Positions 10,764-22,437 are shown, counted from the first letter of the stretch. The stretch is DNA of 64,000 bases from an uncultured Candidatus Rokubacteria bacterium (GCA_963771355.1 CAVYTA010000006.1:2080001-2144000), one strand, 5' to 3'. Notes: generated by a model not told the origin, from the letters alone. Program-made: numbers and translations.

Positions 10764-13169
10764 CTAGTTTTGCGAGGCGACCAACTCGCCCAACGTGGGC
10801 GCGTCCACGTGCGGCGGGTCTTCCAACGCGAGGCGGATGACCTGGTCGATAGATTCCACCAAGTGGAAGGTCATACCCTTGCGCGCATCCTCCGGCACGT
10901 CCTCGAGCAGGTTCTTCTCGTTCCGGCTCGGCAGGATGATCGTGCGGACACCCGCGCGCCGGGCGGCCAGCACCTTCTCCTTGATGCCGCCTACCGGCAG
11001 CACCCTTCCCGACAGCGTGACCTCGCCCGTCATGGCCAGGTTCGACCGTACCGCCCGACGTGTGAGAAGCGAGACCAGGCACGTGACCATGGTCACCCCG
11101 GCCGACGGCCCATCCTTGGGGATGGCGCCGGCCGGGATGTGCACGTGGAGATCGGAGTGCTCCCAGAAGTCGGAGCGTATTCCCAGATCGGGCGCGTGGG
11201 ACCGGACCCAGGACAGCGCCGTCTGCGCGGACTCCTTCATCACATCACCGAGCTGACCGGTGAGGGCGAGCGTCTTGCTGCCCTTCATGCGAGTCGCCTC
11301 GATGAAGAGGATATCGCCGCCGGTCGGCGTCCACGCGAGCCCCACCGCCACTCCGGGCACGCGCGTCCGCTCCTCGATCTCCTCCTGCACGAAGCGCGGG
11401 GCGCCGAGCAGCTCGCCCACCAGCGCCGGCGTCACCTCCACGAGCGCCGTCTCTCCCTCCACTCTCCGCTTGGCGAGCTTCCGGGTGATGGCCGCGATTT
11501 CCCGCTCGAGATTCCGGAGCCCGGCCTCGCGCGTGTACCCCCGGACGAGGATCCGGACTGCGTCGTCGGTCCAGCGCATGTGGTCGCCCAGCGCCATCCC
11601 ATGATCGGCCGCCTGCTTGGGGATCAGGTGCTGATGCGCGATGTGCACCTTCTCTTCCTCCGTATACCCGGCGAGCTCGATGATTTCCATCCGGTCACGG
11701 AGCGCCGCCGGCACCGTGTCGAGCATGTTGGCGGTGGTGATGAACAGCGCCTTCGACAGGTCGAACGGCACATCGACATAGTGGTCGCGGAAGGCACCGT
11801 TCTGCTCGGGGTCGAGCACCTCCAGCAGCGCCGAGGCTGGATCCCCGCGGAAGTCCATGCCGAGCTTGTCGATCTCGTCCAGCATGAAGACGGGGTTCTT
11901 CGTCTCCGCGCGGCGCAAACCCTGGATGATCTGACCGGGTAGCGCCCCGATGTACGTCCGCCGGTGCCCGCGGATCTCCGCCTCGTCGCGCATACCGCCG
12001 AGCGAGATCCGGTGGAATTTCCTACCCAGCGCCCGGGCGATCGAGCGTCCGAGCGAGGTCTTGCCCACGCCGGGAGGGCCCACGAAGCAGAGGATCGGGT
12101 CCTTGCCCGCCGGTCGCATGCTCTTGACCGCGAGGTACTCGAGAATACGGTCCTTCACCTTGGGCAGACCCCAGTGGTCGGCGTCAAGGATGGTGCGGGC
12201 CTCGGCGAGATTCAGGTTGTCCTGAGTCTCTTTGGCCCACGGCAGCGCCACCAGCCACTCGAGATAGGTGCGCGCTACCGTGTACTCGGCCGCCGCGGGC
12301 GGCATCTTGGCGAGTCGGTCGAGCTCGCGCAGCGCCTCCCGCTTGGCCTCCTCGGGCATGCCCGCGGTCTCGATCTTGCCGCGCAGCTCATCCGCCTCCT
12401 GGCCGCGCTCATCGCTGTCGCCGAGCTCCTTCTGGATGGCCTTGAGCTGCTCGCGCAGGTAGTACTCGCGCTGACCCTTGCCCATCTCGGACTCCACCTG
12501 TGATTGGATCTTGGAGCCGAGAGCGAGGATCTCCGCCTCCTTGGTGAGAGCGGGCACCAGCCGGGCCAGCCGGGCCTTCACGGACTCCGTCTCCAGGAGC
12601 TCCTGACGGAGCTCGGTGGAGAGGGACGGCAGAGCTGACGACACCACGTCCGCGACGCGCCCAGGCTCCGTCACGGTTTCCACCGCGCCGGCCAGCTCGT
12701 CGGGGAGAAAGGGCGAGAGCTCCACCACCTGGCGGAACAGCGTGTTCACGTTGCGCACGAGGGCCTCGGCCTCGAGGTCGCCCTTCTCGGCGGGCACGTC
12801 CGCGAGCACCTCCACGCGCGCGCGGAGGAACGGCTTCTGCTGCAGCACTTCCACGATCCGGATTCGGGACATGCCCTGCACCACGAGCCGCACGGTCCCG
12901 TCGGGCTGCTTGAGCACCTTGTGGATGGTCGCCACCGTCCCCACCCGGTGCAGATCCCTCTCCTGGGGATCCTCCACCGCGGCGTCCCGCTGGCCGAAGA
13001 CGCCGATCACCCGATCGCCGCGCACGGCATCCTCGATCAGGTGGACGGACGCCTCCCGGCCCGCGGCAAGAGGAAGCACCGCCTCGGGGAAGAGAACGGT
13101 CCCCCGCAGGGGCAGGATCGAAAGCACCTCGGGTACCGGCCGAGTGGTACCGCCGAGTTCGTTGGCCAT
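10764..13169 (-). CDS. lon: Lon ATP-dependent protease
   Basis: Start re-set to ATG 13169 (RBS AAAGGA). LPLRGTVLFP, GPPGVGKTS, catalytic Ser in PKDGPSAG, and GGIKEK. Confidence 0.96.
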   Translation of the reverse strand: MANELGGTTRPVPEVLSILPLRGTVLFPEAVLPLAAGREASVHLIEDAVRGDRVIGVFGQRDAAVEDPQERDLHRVGTVATIHKVLKQPDGTVRLVVQGMSRIRIVEVLQQKPFLRARVEVLADVPAEKGDLEAEALVRNVNTLFRQVVELSPFLPDELAGAVETVTEPGRVADVVSSALPSLSTELRQELLETESVKARLARLVPALTKEAEILALGSKIQSQVESEMGKGQREYYLREQLKAIQKELGDSDERGQEADELRGKIETAGMPEEAKREALRELDRLAKMPPAAAEYTVARTYLEWLVALPWAKETQDNLNLAEARTILDADHWGLPKVKDRILEYLAVKSMRPAGKDPILCFVGPPGVGKTSLGRSIARALGRKFHRISLGGMRDEAEIRGHRRTYIGALPGQIIQGLRRAETKNPVFMLDEIDKLGMDFRGDPASALLEVLDPEQNGAFRDHYVDVPFDLSKALFITTANMLDTVPAALRDRMEIIELAGYTEEEKVHIAHQHLIPKQAADHGMALGDHMRWTDDAVRILVRGYTREAGLRNLEREIAAITRKLAKRRVEGETALVEVTPALVGELLGAPRFVQEEIEERTRVPGVAVGLAWTPTGGDILFIEATRMKGSKTLALTGQLGDVMKESAQTALSWVRSHAPDLGIRSDFWEHSDLHVHIPAGAIPKDGPSAGVTMVTCLVSLLTRRAVRSNLAMTGEVTLSGRVLPVGGIKEKVLAARRAGVRTIILPSRNEKNLLEDVPEDARKGMTFHLVESIDQVIRLALEDPPHVDAPTLGELVASQN

Positions 13170-13185
13170 GTTCGGTTCCTTTCTG

Positions 13186-13572
13186 TCAGAACATCTCGAT
13201 GGGCGAGAGCTGTCCGGAGGCAGCCCGAACCAGCGCCTCCCCGGTGCCCCGGCTCGTCGAGTCGGGTTTCTGCGCGACATCGTCCCGCACGTAGCCCAGG
13301 AGCTGTTCCATCTGCGCCTGCATCGCGAGCATCCGTCGTCTCATCTTTAAGATGATCTCCACGCCGGCCAGATTCACGCCCAGATCCCGCGTGAGCCTGG
13401 TCAGCCGGGCGATCTCGTCCACGTCGTCCGCCGAGTACATCCGGGTCTTGCCGATGGTGCGGCTGGGCTGGATGAGGCCCTTCTTCTCGTACATGCGTAG
13501 GGTCTGGGGATGGAGCTTGAGCATGTCCGACACCGCACCGATCATGTAGAGGGGCTTGCCTTTGTCGGTCAT
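13186..13572 (-). CDS. hspR: HspR-like MerR-family heat-shock repressor
   Basis: YMIGAVS..LHPQTLRMYEKKGLI..RMYS..LTRDLGVNLAGV, located between dnaJ and lon. Confidence 0.88.
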   Translation of the reverse strand: MTDKGKPLYMIGAVSDMLKLHPQTLRMYEKKGLIQPSRTIGKTRMYSADDVDEIARLTRLTRDLGVNLAGVEIILKMRRRMLAMQAQMEQLLGYVRDDVAQKPDSTSRGTGEALVRAASGQLSPIEMF

Positions 13573-14573
13573 GCCCGCGCCGTCCTTTTCCCGGGATTCG
13601 CGGCCGGGCTCGGCAGTAGCCGGTCGAGGTCGCGGATCATCTCCTGCGTTCTCACATCCAGGTCCCGGGGGATGGCGACCGACACCGCCACGAACAGGTC
13701 CCCCCGGCCCTCACCCGACAGCCGCGGCATACCGCGCCCACGGACACGAAGCACCTGCCCGCTCTGGGTGCCGGGTGGTACCACCAGGTCGACCTCGCCC
13801 CACAGGGTGCGTACCGTCACGCGGGCACCAAGTATTGCCTCGGCGACGCTCACCGGCACCTCCGCGTACAGGTTGTCGCCCTTACGCGTAAAGACAGGAT
13901 CGTCGTGCACCCGCGTGATGACGATCAGGTCCCCGCGCGGGCCGCCGAAGGGGCCGGCATGCCCCTCTTCCGGGATGCGGATCTGCGAGCCGGTGTCCAT
14001 GCCGGCGGGAATCGCCACCCGCACAACCGCGCGGGAGGGCGTCACCCCACGTCCGCGGCAGGCGGGGCAGGGCTCGGTCACCCGCTCACCCGCGCCCGCG
14101 CAGACCGGGCACTCGGACGTCCGGGGGGCAGAGTCACCGCTCCAGACCACGCCGGCGCCCCCGCAGTGCGCACACGTCGCCATCAGCCCGCCGGGCCGGG
14201 ACCCGCTGGTGCCGCAGGTCTCGCAGGGCGAAAGCCGCTCCACCGTGAGATCCGCGGTGAGCCCATTGGCCGCCTGGTCGAATGCCAGCTCCACCGGCAC
14301 GTGCACATGATCCCCACGCCGGCCCGGCGGCCGTCCACCGGCGCTCGCGTCGGTCGCGGCGGCGCCGCCCTGCCGGTCGTACAGGGTACGCGCGGAGGGA
14401 TCGCCGAGGACGCGATACGCCTGGCTGATCTCCTCAAACAAAGAGTGGGCCTCGCGGTCCCAGAAGTTGACGTCCGGCGAATAGCGCCGCGCCAGCCGCT
14501 GGTACGCGCGGCGGACCTGGACAGCGGAGGCCGCCGTCCCGATTCCCAGTACCGCGTAATAGTCTCTGGCCAT
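13569..14573 (-). CDS. dnaJ: DnaJ-like protein (J-like domain with SPD, four CxxC zinc-finger motifs, C-terminal domains)
   Basis: RDYYAVLG, CETCGTSG, CAHCGGAG, CPVCAGAG, CPACRGRG, GGPRGDL and PPGTQSG. HPD is replaced by SPD and there is no G/F-rich linker. Confidence 0.85.
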   Translation of the reverse strand: MARDYYAVLGIGTAASAVQVRRAYQRLARRYSPDVNFWDREAHSLFEEISQAYRVLGDPSARTLYDRQGGAAATDASAGGRPPGRRGDHVHVPVELAFDQAANGLTADLTVERLSPCETCGTSGSRPGGLMATCAHCGGAGVVWSGDSAPRTSECPVCAGAGERVTEPCPACRGRGVTPSRAVVRVAIPAGMDTGSQIRIPEEGHAGPFGGPRGDLIVITRVHDDPVFTRKGDNLYAEVPVSVAEAILGARVTVRTLWGEVDLVVPPGTQSGQVLRVRGRGMPRLSGEGRGDLFVAVSVAIPRDLDVRTQEMIRDLDRLLPSPAANPGKRTARA

Positions 14574-14586
14574 GTCTAAGTGATCG

Positions 14587-14610
14587 GGCCCCCCGGGCGG
14601 CCGGGGGGCC
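14587..14610. other. GC-rich intergenic hairpin between dnaK and dnaJ
   Basis: GGCCCCCCGG-gcgg-CCGGGGGGCC perfect stem with no U-tract; could stabilise the dnaK 3' end or attenuate read-through. Confidence 0.5.
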
Positions 14611-14616
14611 GGTCGG

Positions 14617-16539
<1,923 letters not shown>

Positions 16540-16593
16540 GTTGTCCGTCTCCTCTCAAATTGTCTGCCTACCGCTTGGCGCGCTCACCGGGAA

Positions 16594-17067
16594 CTACAGA
16601 ACGTCGATCTTGATCGACTTGGGCTTGATCTCCTCCGCCTTGGGGAGAGTGATCATGAGCACCCCGTCGCGATACGTTGCCTTCACCTTGTCGGCCTGCA
16701 CGGAAACCGGCAGCGAGAGATGCCGCTCGAATCGCCCGTACCAGCGCTCGCCGCGGTGGAAGCTTTCCTGCTTGGTGTCCTGGTTCAGCGTGCGCTCGCC
16801 CTTCAGCGACAGAACGTCGCCAGTGATGGACAGCTGCACTTCCTTCTCGCTGACGCCGGGCAGCTCCGCAGCCACCAGGAGATCGTCCTTGGTCTCGTAC
16901 ATGTCGACCGCGGGCGCCCAGACACGATCGCCGCCAGGCATGGTCCCTGAGCGCCCCAAGAACCCGTCGAACACGCGGTTCAATTCGGACTGAAAGTCGC
17001 CCACTTCGCGAAACGGATCCCAACGCTCGACGCTCTGCGCCATCGGACGCCATCTGAGAATTGCCAT
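16594..17067 (-). CDS. Hsp20/alpha-crystallin small heat-shock protein
   Basis: Start at ATG 17067 (RBS AAGGAGG). WAPAVDMYET, AELPGV, ERWYGRFER and ATYRDGVL. Confidence 0.93.
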   Translation of the reverse strand: MAILRWRPMAQSVERWDPFREVGDFQSELNRVFDGFLGRSGTMPGGDRVWAPAVDMYETKDDLLVAAELPGVSEKEVQLSITGDVLSLKGERTLNQDTKQESFHRGERWYGRFERHLSLPVSVQADKVKATYRDGVLMITLPKAEEIKPKSIKIDVL

Positions 17068-17107
17068 GTGCCCCTCCTTGGCCGGATCTGCTTCCCGGCT
17101 CACAAAG

Positions 17108-17151
17108 TTGAGTCTGAGTTACTTATATTCTATGAGTCTGGCTCTGTCAAG
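17108..17151 (-). promoter_or_regulatory. Sigma70 promoter of the heat-shock operon overlapped by two HAIR-like HspR operators
   Basis: Minus strand reads TTGACA-17-TATAAG. Plus strand has TTGAGT-N7-ACTTAT (17108-17126) and ATGAGT-N7-TGTCAAG (17132-17151), against the HAIR consensus CTTGAGT-N7-ACTCAAG. Confidence 0.78.
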
Positions 17152-17195
17152 CTAGACGCCAAAATCTAGATAACCTCTTCAAACTCTTAGGGTTT

Positions 17196-17225
17196 TTGAC
17201 ACCTCCAAACCTGGAATGCTATGGT
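17196..17225 (+). promoter_or_regulatory. Divergent sigma70 promoter with extended -10
   Basis: TTGACA-18-TATGGT with TGn directly before the -10; the ATG lies 6 nt downstream. Confidence 0.6.
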
Positions 17226-17231
17226 TGGCCG

Positions 17232-17882
17232 ATGCGATTGGGGTGCCTCGGCTGCCTTATCGTGATCGTCGCGATCCTGGTGGTCGCTGTCGCGGCGGCG
17301 GGATTCATCTTCCTATCCGGAAACATGGGCACTCCCCCGGACGTTCAGCCCACCCGGTTTACCCGGGCGGATGGTTACTCGGCGCAGCGCAAGCTCTACG
17401 AGCTCGTGCTCCGAGAATCCGGACGCTCGACGCGGACCGACTCGGTGGTTCTGAGTGAGGCGGAGGTCAATGCCTTCCTCGCCAATCATCTCGCCGAGGC
17501 CGCCGATCTTCCCTTCAGCCCTCTCATCGTTCGCTTCGCGGCCGGCCAGATCGAGCTCCGGGGCCAGACTCTGCTCCGGAATCTCCTGCAGGGACCTCCG
17601 TTCCCCCAGCTGATGCCGTACCTACCGGCCGCCCGCCTGGACCAGCCAGTCTGGGTCACGGTGCGAGGACGGTTCCTCATCGACCATCCGCGAACGAAGG
17701 GGGGCCGGGGCTATGCACGGGTCGAGGTCACGGAATTCGCCCTGGGCAAGCAGCCAGTGGGGCGCTGGCTGTTGTGGCTCATGCTGGGCCCTGCCAGCTC
17801 GAAGCTCCTGCGCTTCCAGGTGCCCTCGGTCGTGGATTCGGTGGAGATCGACGAGCGGCGCGCCGTGATCCGGACGCAGTAG
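17232..17882 (+). CDS. Hypothetical membrane-anchored protein
   Basis: N-terminal GCLGCL plus one TM helix, then a soluble domain (LSEAEVNAFL). Confidence 0.7.
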   Translation: MRLGCLGCLIVIVAILVVAVAAAGFIFLSGNMGTPPDVQPTRFTRADGYSAQRKLYELVLRESGRSTRTDSVVLSEAEVNAFLANHLAEAADLPFSPLIVRFAAGQIELRGQTLLRNLLQGPPFPQLMPYLPAARLDQPVWVTVRGRFLIDHPRTKGGRGYARVEVTEFALGKQPVGRWLLWLMLGPASSKLLRFQVPSVVDSVEIDERRAVIRTQ

Positions 17883-18087
17883 GCGCCGTCAGCCGCCGGA
17901 AATCTTCGCGATGCGCACGTAGCGCATCCGGACGTCGTGGAGAAGCCCTCGAGGAGTTCCCCCTCCGGCGTCGCCCGGTTTCTCCGGGTTTCCGCGAAGG
18001 ATCCGCAGGGTCCCCGGCCCGCGCCCCCGAAGTCCTTCAAGGACACCAGACCTTGTGTATACTGTCCGTGCACTTCCAGGACCTTCC

Positions 18088-18921
18088 ATGGCTGACTCCG
18101 CCGGCACCCTCTTCGAATCCCTGCTCTCCATCATGTCTCGTCTGAGAAGCGAGGGGGGATGTCCCTGGGACCGTGAGCAGACCCGCGAGTCGCTGAAGCC
18201 CTACCTGATCGAGGAGGCCTACGAGGCCCTAGACGCCCTCGACTCCGGTCAGCCGGAGCACATCCAGGAAGAGCTGGGCGACGTCCTGTTCCAGGTGGTC
18301 TTCCACAGTCAGCTCGCGCGCGAGGGTGGCGAGTTCACGATGGCGGACTTGCTCGCCCGGCTCAACGAGAAGATGATCCGGCGCCATCCGCACGTCTTCG
18401 CCGGAGGCCGCGTCGCCGACGCCGACGAGGCGCTGTCGCAGTGGGAGCGGATCAAGCGCGCCGAGGGAAAGCCGGACGGCTCGCCCCGTTCGGCGCTGAC
18501 GGGCGTGCCCGCCTCGCTGCCTGCGCTCCTGCGCGCGCAGCGGCTTCAGGTGAAGGCCGGCCGCGTGGGCTTCGACTGGCCGGGATGGCGCGACGCCTGG
18601 CCCAAGGTAGCCGAGGAGATGGCGGAGCTCGAGCGCGCGGCGGCGGAAGGCGATCCGGGCCGTATACGTGAGGAGCTCGGCGACCTGCTGTTCTCGGTCG
18701 TCAACGTGGCCCGGCTGCTCGGCGTGGATGCCGAGGACAGCCTGAGGCGGGCCGCGGAGAAGTTCACCCGTCGCTTCAACGAGGTGGAGGGGGAGATGAG
18801 GGCCGGGGGCCGGACCGTCGGTGAGGTGTCGCAGGAAGAGCTGGAGCGGGCGTGGGAAGCGGTCAAAGCGCGCGAAGGTGAACCGGCGCCCGACCGGCCC
18901 GACGCAGGTGACCGGCCATGA
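18088..18921 (+). CDS. mazG: MazG nucleoside triphosphate pyrophosphohydrolase (tandem domain)
   Basis: GCPWDREQT, EEAYE, EELGDVL, RRHPHVF and EELGDLLF. An extended -10 (TGTGTATACT) lies upstream. Confidence 0.93.
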   Translation: MADSAGTLFESLLSIMSRLRSEGGCPWDREQTRESLKPYLIEEAYEALDALDSGQPEHIQEELGDVLFQVVFHSQLAREGGEFTMADLLARLNEKMIRRHPHVFAGGRVADADEALSQWERIKRAEGKPDGSPRSALTGVPASLPALLRAQRLQVKAGRVGFDWPGWRDAWPKVAEEMAELERAAAEGDPGRIREELGDLLFSVVNVARLLGVDAEDSLRRAAEKFTRRFNEVEGEMRAGGRTVGEVSQEELERAWEAVKAREGEPAPDRPDAGDRP

Positions 18922-19451
18922 AGGCCAAGATCGGCACCGCCACCATCTCGATTCAGCTGGGTGACATCACGGACGCCGAGGTCGACGCCATCGTGAACGC
19001 GGCGAACTCCCAACTCCTGATGGGCACGGGAGTGGCGGGGGCCATGAAGCGCAAGGGTGGCACCGTGATCGAGGAGGACGCCGTCCGTCAGGGGCCCATC
19101 GAGGTGGGCGAGGCCGTCCTGTCGGTGGCTGGCAACCTGCCCGCCACCCACGTGATCCATGCCGCCACCATGGGCCCGGACCTCAAGACCGATCCCGAAT
19201 TCATCGCCGCCGCCACCAAGTCCAGCTTGGCTCTGGTCGAGAAGCACCGGCTTACGTCCATTGCCTTCCCCGCCCTGGGAAGCGGGGTGGGAGGGGTCCC
19301 TCCCGCGAAGAGCGCGGAGGCCATGCTGGGGGCTCTGGCCGAGCACCTGAAATCCGGTAAGTCCTCGTTACAAAAGGTGCAGTTCATCCTCTATCAAGCT
19401 GAGGCACAGAAAGCTTTTACCGACACGTTGAAAAAGCTTACTGGGTTATAG
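18918..19451 (+). CDS. Macro-domain (ADP-ribose binding/hydrolase) protein
   Basis: GDIT, DAIVNAAN, GVAGA, VIHA and SIAFPALGSGVGG. Confidence 0.9.
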   Translation: MKAKIGTATISIQLGDITDAEVDAIVNAANSQLLMGTGVAGAMKRKGGTVIEEDAVRQGPIEVGEAVLSVAGNLPATHVIHAATMGPDLKTDPEFIAAATKSSLALVEKHRLTSIAFPALGSGVGGVPPAKSAEAMLGALAEHLKSGKSSLQKVQFILYQAEAQKAFTDTLKKLTGL

Positions 19452-19487
19452 TGGGAAGGTCGGGCTCGGAAGCGGGCCCTCCGGAAG

Positions 19488-21224
19488 ATGGCGGACGCGA
19501 AACCCAGTCAGCCGATAAGCCGACGTCTGGGAGATCTCCTGGTTCGAGAAGGACTGATCAACCAGGAGCAGCTCCAGCGTGCGCTCGCCGACCAGAAGGG
19601 TAACAACGAAAAGCTCGGCTCCATCCTGGTCCGGCTGAGCATCATCAACGAAGACCAGCTCATCGCCTTCCTCTCCAAGCAGTACGGCATCCCTTCCATC
19701 ACGCTCACTCAGCTGGACGTGGACGTGGAGGTGGTCAAGCTCGTTCCCGCCCAGATCGCGCGCAAGTACGAGGTGCTGCCGATCAAGCGCACCGGGAATC
19801 AGCTGACACTGGCCATGGCCGATCCCACCAATGTGTTCGCGGTGGATGACGTCGGGTTCATGACCAACCTTCAGGTGGTGCCGATGGTGGCCTCCCAGGG
19901 GGCCATTCGCCAGGCCATCGATCGGCTGTACGAGGCCCAGACCGGCGGCCTTGCCGAGGTGCTCTCGGAGATGGACGCGGTGGTGGGCGACGTCGAGGTC
20001 GTCGAAGGCGAGGACGAGCAGTGGGCCAAGGCCGACATCTTCGAGTTGAAGGAGTCGGCGGACGAGGCCCCGGTGGTCCGGCTCGTCAACATGATCCTGG
20101 TGGACGCCATCCGCCGCGGCGCCTCCGACATCCACCTCGAGCCCTACGAGAAGGTCTTCCGGGTGCGCTTCCGCATCGACGGCGTGCTGCACGAGATCAT
20201 GACCCCGCCCAAGCGGCTGGAGGCGGCGCTCACGTCCCGCGTGAAGATCATGTCGAATCTCGACATCGCCGAGCGGCGGCTGCCCCAGGACGGCCGCATC
20301 AAGCTGCGCTACAACCAGCGCGAGATCGACTTCCGCGTGTCGACCCTGCCGACCATCTTCGGCGAGAAGACCGTCATGCGCATCCTGGACAAGGACGCGC
20401 TCCAGCTCGACCTCGCGTTGCTCGGCTTCGATCCCTGGAGCCTGGAGCAGTTCACGCGGGCCATCCATCAGCCCTACGGCATGATCCTCATCACGGGGCC
20501 GACCGGATCGGGCAAGACCACCACGCTCTACTCGGCCATCCACACCATCAACTCCCCCGACGTGAACATCATGACCGCCGAGGATCCGGTCGAGTACAAC
20601 CTCAAGGGCGTCAATCAGGTGCAGGTCAACGAGGGGATCGGGCGGACGTTCGCCGCCGCCTTGCGCTCATTCCTTCGTCAGGATCCCGACATCATCCTGG
20701 TCGGCGAGACGCGCGACCTCGAGACGGCGCAGATCGGCATCCGCGCCGCCCTCACCGGCCACCTCGTGCTCACCACGCTCCATACCAACGACTGCCCGTC
20801 CACGGTGGCGCGGCTGCTCGACATGGGCATCCCGCCCTTCCTGGTCTCCTCCGCGCTGACCCTCATCCTGGCCCAGCGGCTGGGCCGGAAGATCTGCAAG
20901 GACTGCAAGCAGCCCTACGACGCCGACGAGGAGACTCTGGTCCCCTACGGCCATGTCCCCCAGGGCCTGGGCCGGGTGCAGTTCTACAAGGGCAAGGGCT
21001 GTCACACGTGCAGCTTCACGGGCATGAAAGGTCGCGTGGCCATCTACGAAGTCATGCCGATCACGGAAGAGCTGCGGGACTTGATGCTGCGCAACGCGCC
21101 CACCGCCGACATCCGGGAGATGGCGCTCAGCCAGGGCATGAAGACCCTCCGCCAGAACGCACTACAGAAGGTCCTCGAGGGGGTCACCACCGTCGAGGAA
21201 GTCCTCCGGGTGACCGTCAGCTAA
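19488..21224 (+). CDS. pilB: Type IV pilus extension ATPase with N-terminal MshEN domain
   Basis: RLGDLLVREGLI...LQRALADQ (MshEN motif), ASDIHLEP, GPTGSGKTTTLY, LRQDPD and CxxC zinc site. Confidence 0.96.
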   Translation: MADAKPSQPISRRLGDLLVREGLINQEQLQRALADQKGNNEKLGSILVRLSIINEDQLIAFLSKQYGIPSITLTQLDVDVEVVKLVPAQIARKYEVLPIKRTGNQLTLAMADPTNVFAVDDVGFMTNLQVVPMVASQGAIRQAIDRLYEAQTGGLAEVLSEMDAVVGDVEVVEGEDEQWAKADIFELKESADEAPVVRLVNMILVDAIRRGASDIHLEPYEKVFRVRFRIDGVLHEIMTPPKRLEAALTSRVKIMSNLDIAERRLPQDGRIKLRYNQREIDFRVSTLPTIFGEKTVMRILDKDALQLDLALLGFDPWSLEQFTRAIHQPYGMILITGPTGSGKTTTLYSAIHTINSPDVNIMTAEDPVEYNLKGVNQVQVNEGIGRTFAAALRSFLRQDPDIILVGETRDLETAQIGIRAALTGHLVLTTLHTNDCPSTVARLLDMGIPPFLVSSALTLILAQRLGRKICKDCKQPYDADEETLVPYGHVPQGLGRVQFYKGKGCHTCSFTGMKGRVAIYEVMPITEELRDLMLRNAPTADIREMALSQGMKTLRQNALQKVLEGVTTVEEVLRVTVS

Positions 21225-21279
21225 CGTTCGCACGTCCGGCCTCCGCGGGATACCGCGCGCCGGGCAGACAGAGGACGCC

Positions 21280-22410
21280 ATGGCCGCAACGATGCACGAT
21301 CTCCTGACCATCATGATCGAGCGGGGCGCGTCGGATCTTCACGTCACCACCGGCACCTATCCGCAGATCCGGCAGAATGGGAAGCTGCAGCCCCTCACCG
21401 AGTTCGAGCAGCTGACCCCCCAGGACACGCAGCGGCTCGCCTACAGCGTGCTCAACGAGGGGCAGAAGCAGAAGTTCGAGGAGGACAACGAGCTCGACTT
21501 ATCCTTCGGCATCCAGGGGCTCGCGCGCTTTCGCTGCAACGTGTATCGACAGCGGGGTGCGGTGGCGGCAGCCATCCGCGTCATCCCCATCAAGATCCGG
21601 ACCTTCGGCGACCTCAACCTGCCCCCCATCGTGGAGCAGATGGCGGACCGGCCGAAGGGACTCGTGCTGGTCACCGGGCCTACCGGGTCCGGCAAGTCCA
21701 CCACGCTCGCCGCCATGATCGACAAGATCAATTCGGAGCGCAGCGAGCACATCATGACCATCGAGGACCCCATCGAATTCGTCCACCAGCACAAGCGGTG
21801 CCTGGTGAACCAGCGCGAGGTCTTCTCGGACACCCAGTCGTTCAAGAACGCGCTCAAGTCGATCCTCCGCCAGGACCCCGACGTCGTCCTCGTCGGCGAG
21901 ATGCGCGACCTCGAGACCATCGCCGCCGCCTTGACCATCGCCGAGACCGGCCATCTCACCTTGGGCACGCTGCACACCAACTCCTGCGCCCAGACCATGA
22001 ACCGGATCATCGACGTGTTCCCCACCACCCAGCAGGCACAGGTACGCGCCCAGCTGTCACTCGTGCTCGAAGGCGTCCTGTCGCAGCAGCTCATTCCCAC
22101 CGCGGACGGTCGCGGTCGCGCGATGGCTCTCGAGATCATGGTGACCACTCCCGCCATCCGGAACCTGATCCGCGAGGAGAAGCTCCATCAGATCTACTCG
22201 GCGATGCAGGCGGGGCACAAGTTTGGCATGCAGACGATGAACCAGGCGCTGGTGGATCTGATCGGCAAGCGACGGATCTCGCGTGAGGAAGCGTTGAACC
22301 GCAGCACGCTACCCGAGGAGCTGGAGCAGCTGCTCAAGTCTGCGCCGGCCGGTGCCACTCCTGCCGCCCCCGCCGCGGGCGGAACCGCTTCACCGTTCGG
22401 CCGGCGGTAG
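21280..22410 (+). CDS. pilT: Type IV pilus retraction ATPase
   Basis: ASDLH, GPTGSGKSTTLA, TIEDPIE, AIRNLIRE and GMQTM. Confidence 0.96.
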   Translation: MAATMHDLLTIMIERGASDLHVTTGTYPQIRQNGKLQPLTEFEQLTPQDTQRLAYSVLNEGQKQKFEEDNELDLSFGIQGLARFRCNVYRQRGAVAAAIRVIPIKIRTFGDLNLPPIVEQMADRPKGLVLVTGPTGSGKSTTLAAMIDKINSERSEHIMTIEDPIEFVHQHKRCLVNQREVFSDTQSFKNALKSILRQDPDVVLVGEMRDLETIAAALTIAETGHLTLGTLHTNSCAQTMNRIIDVFPTTQQAQVRAQLSLVLEGVLSQQLIPTADGRGRAMALEIMVTTPAIRNLIREEKLHQIYSAMQAGHKFGMQTMNQALVDLIGKRRISREEALNRSTLPEELEQLLKSAPAGATPAAPAAGGTASPFGRR

Positions 22411-22437
22411 AAACCAGGCCGAGAAGGAGAACCGACA

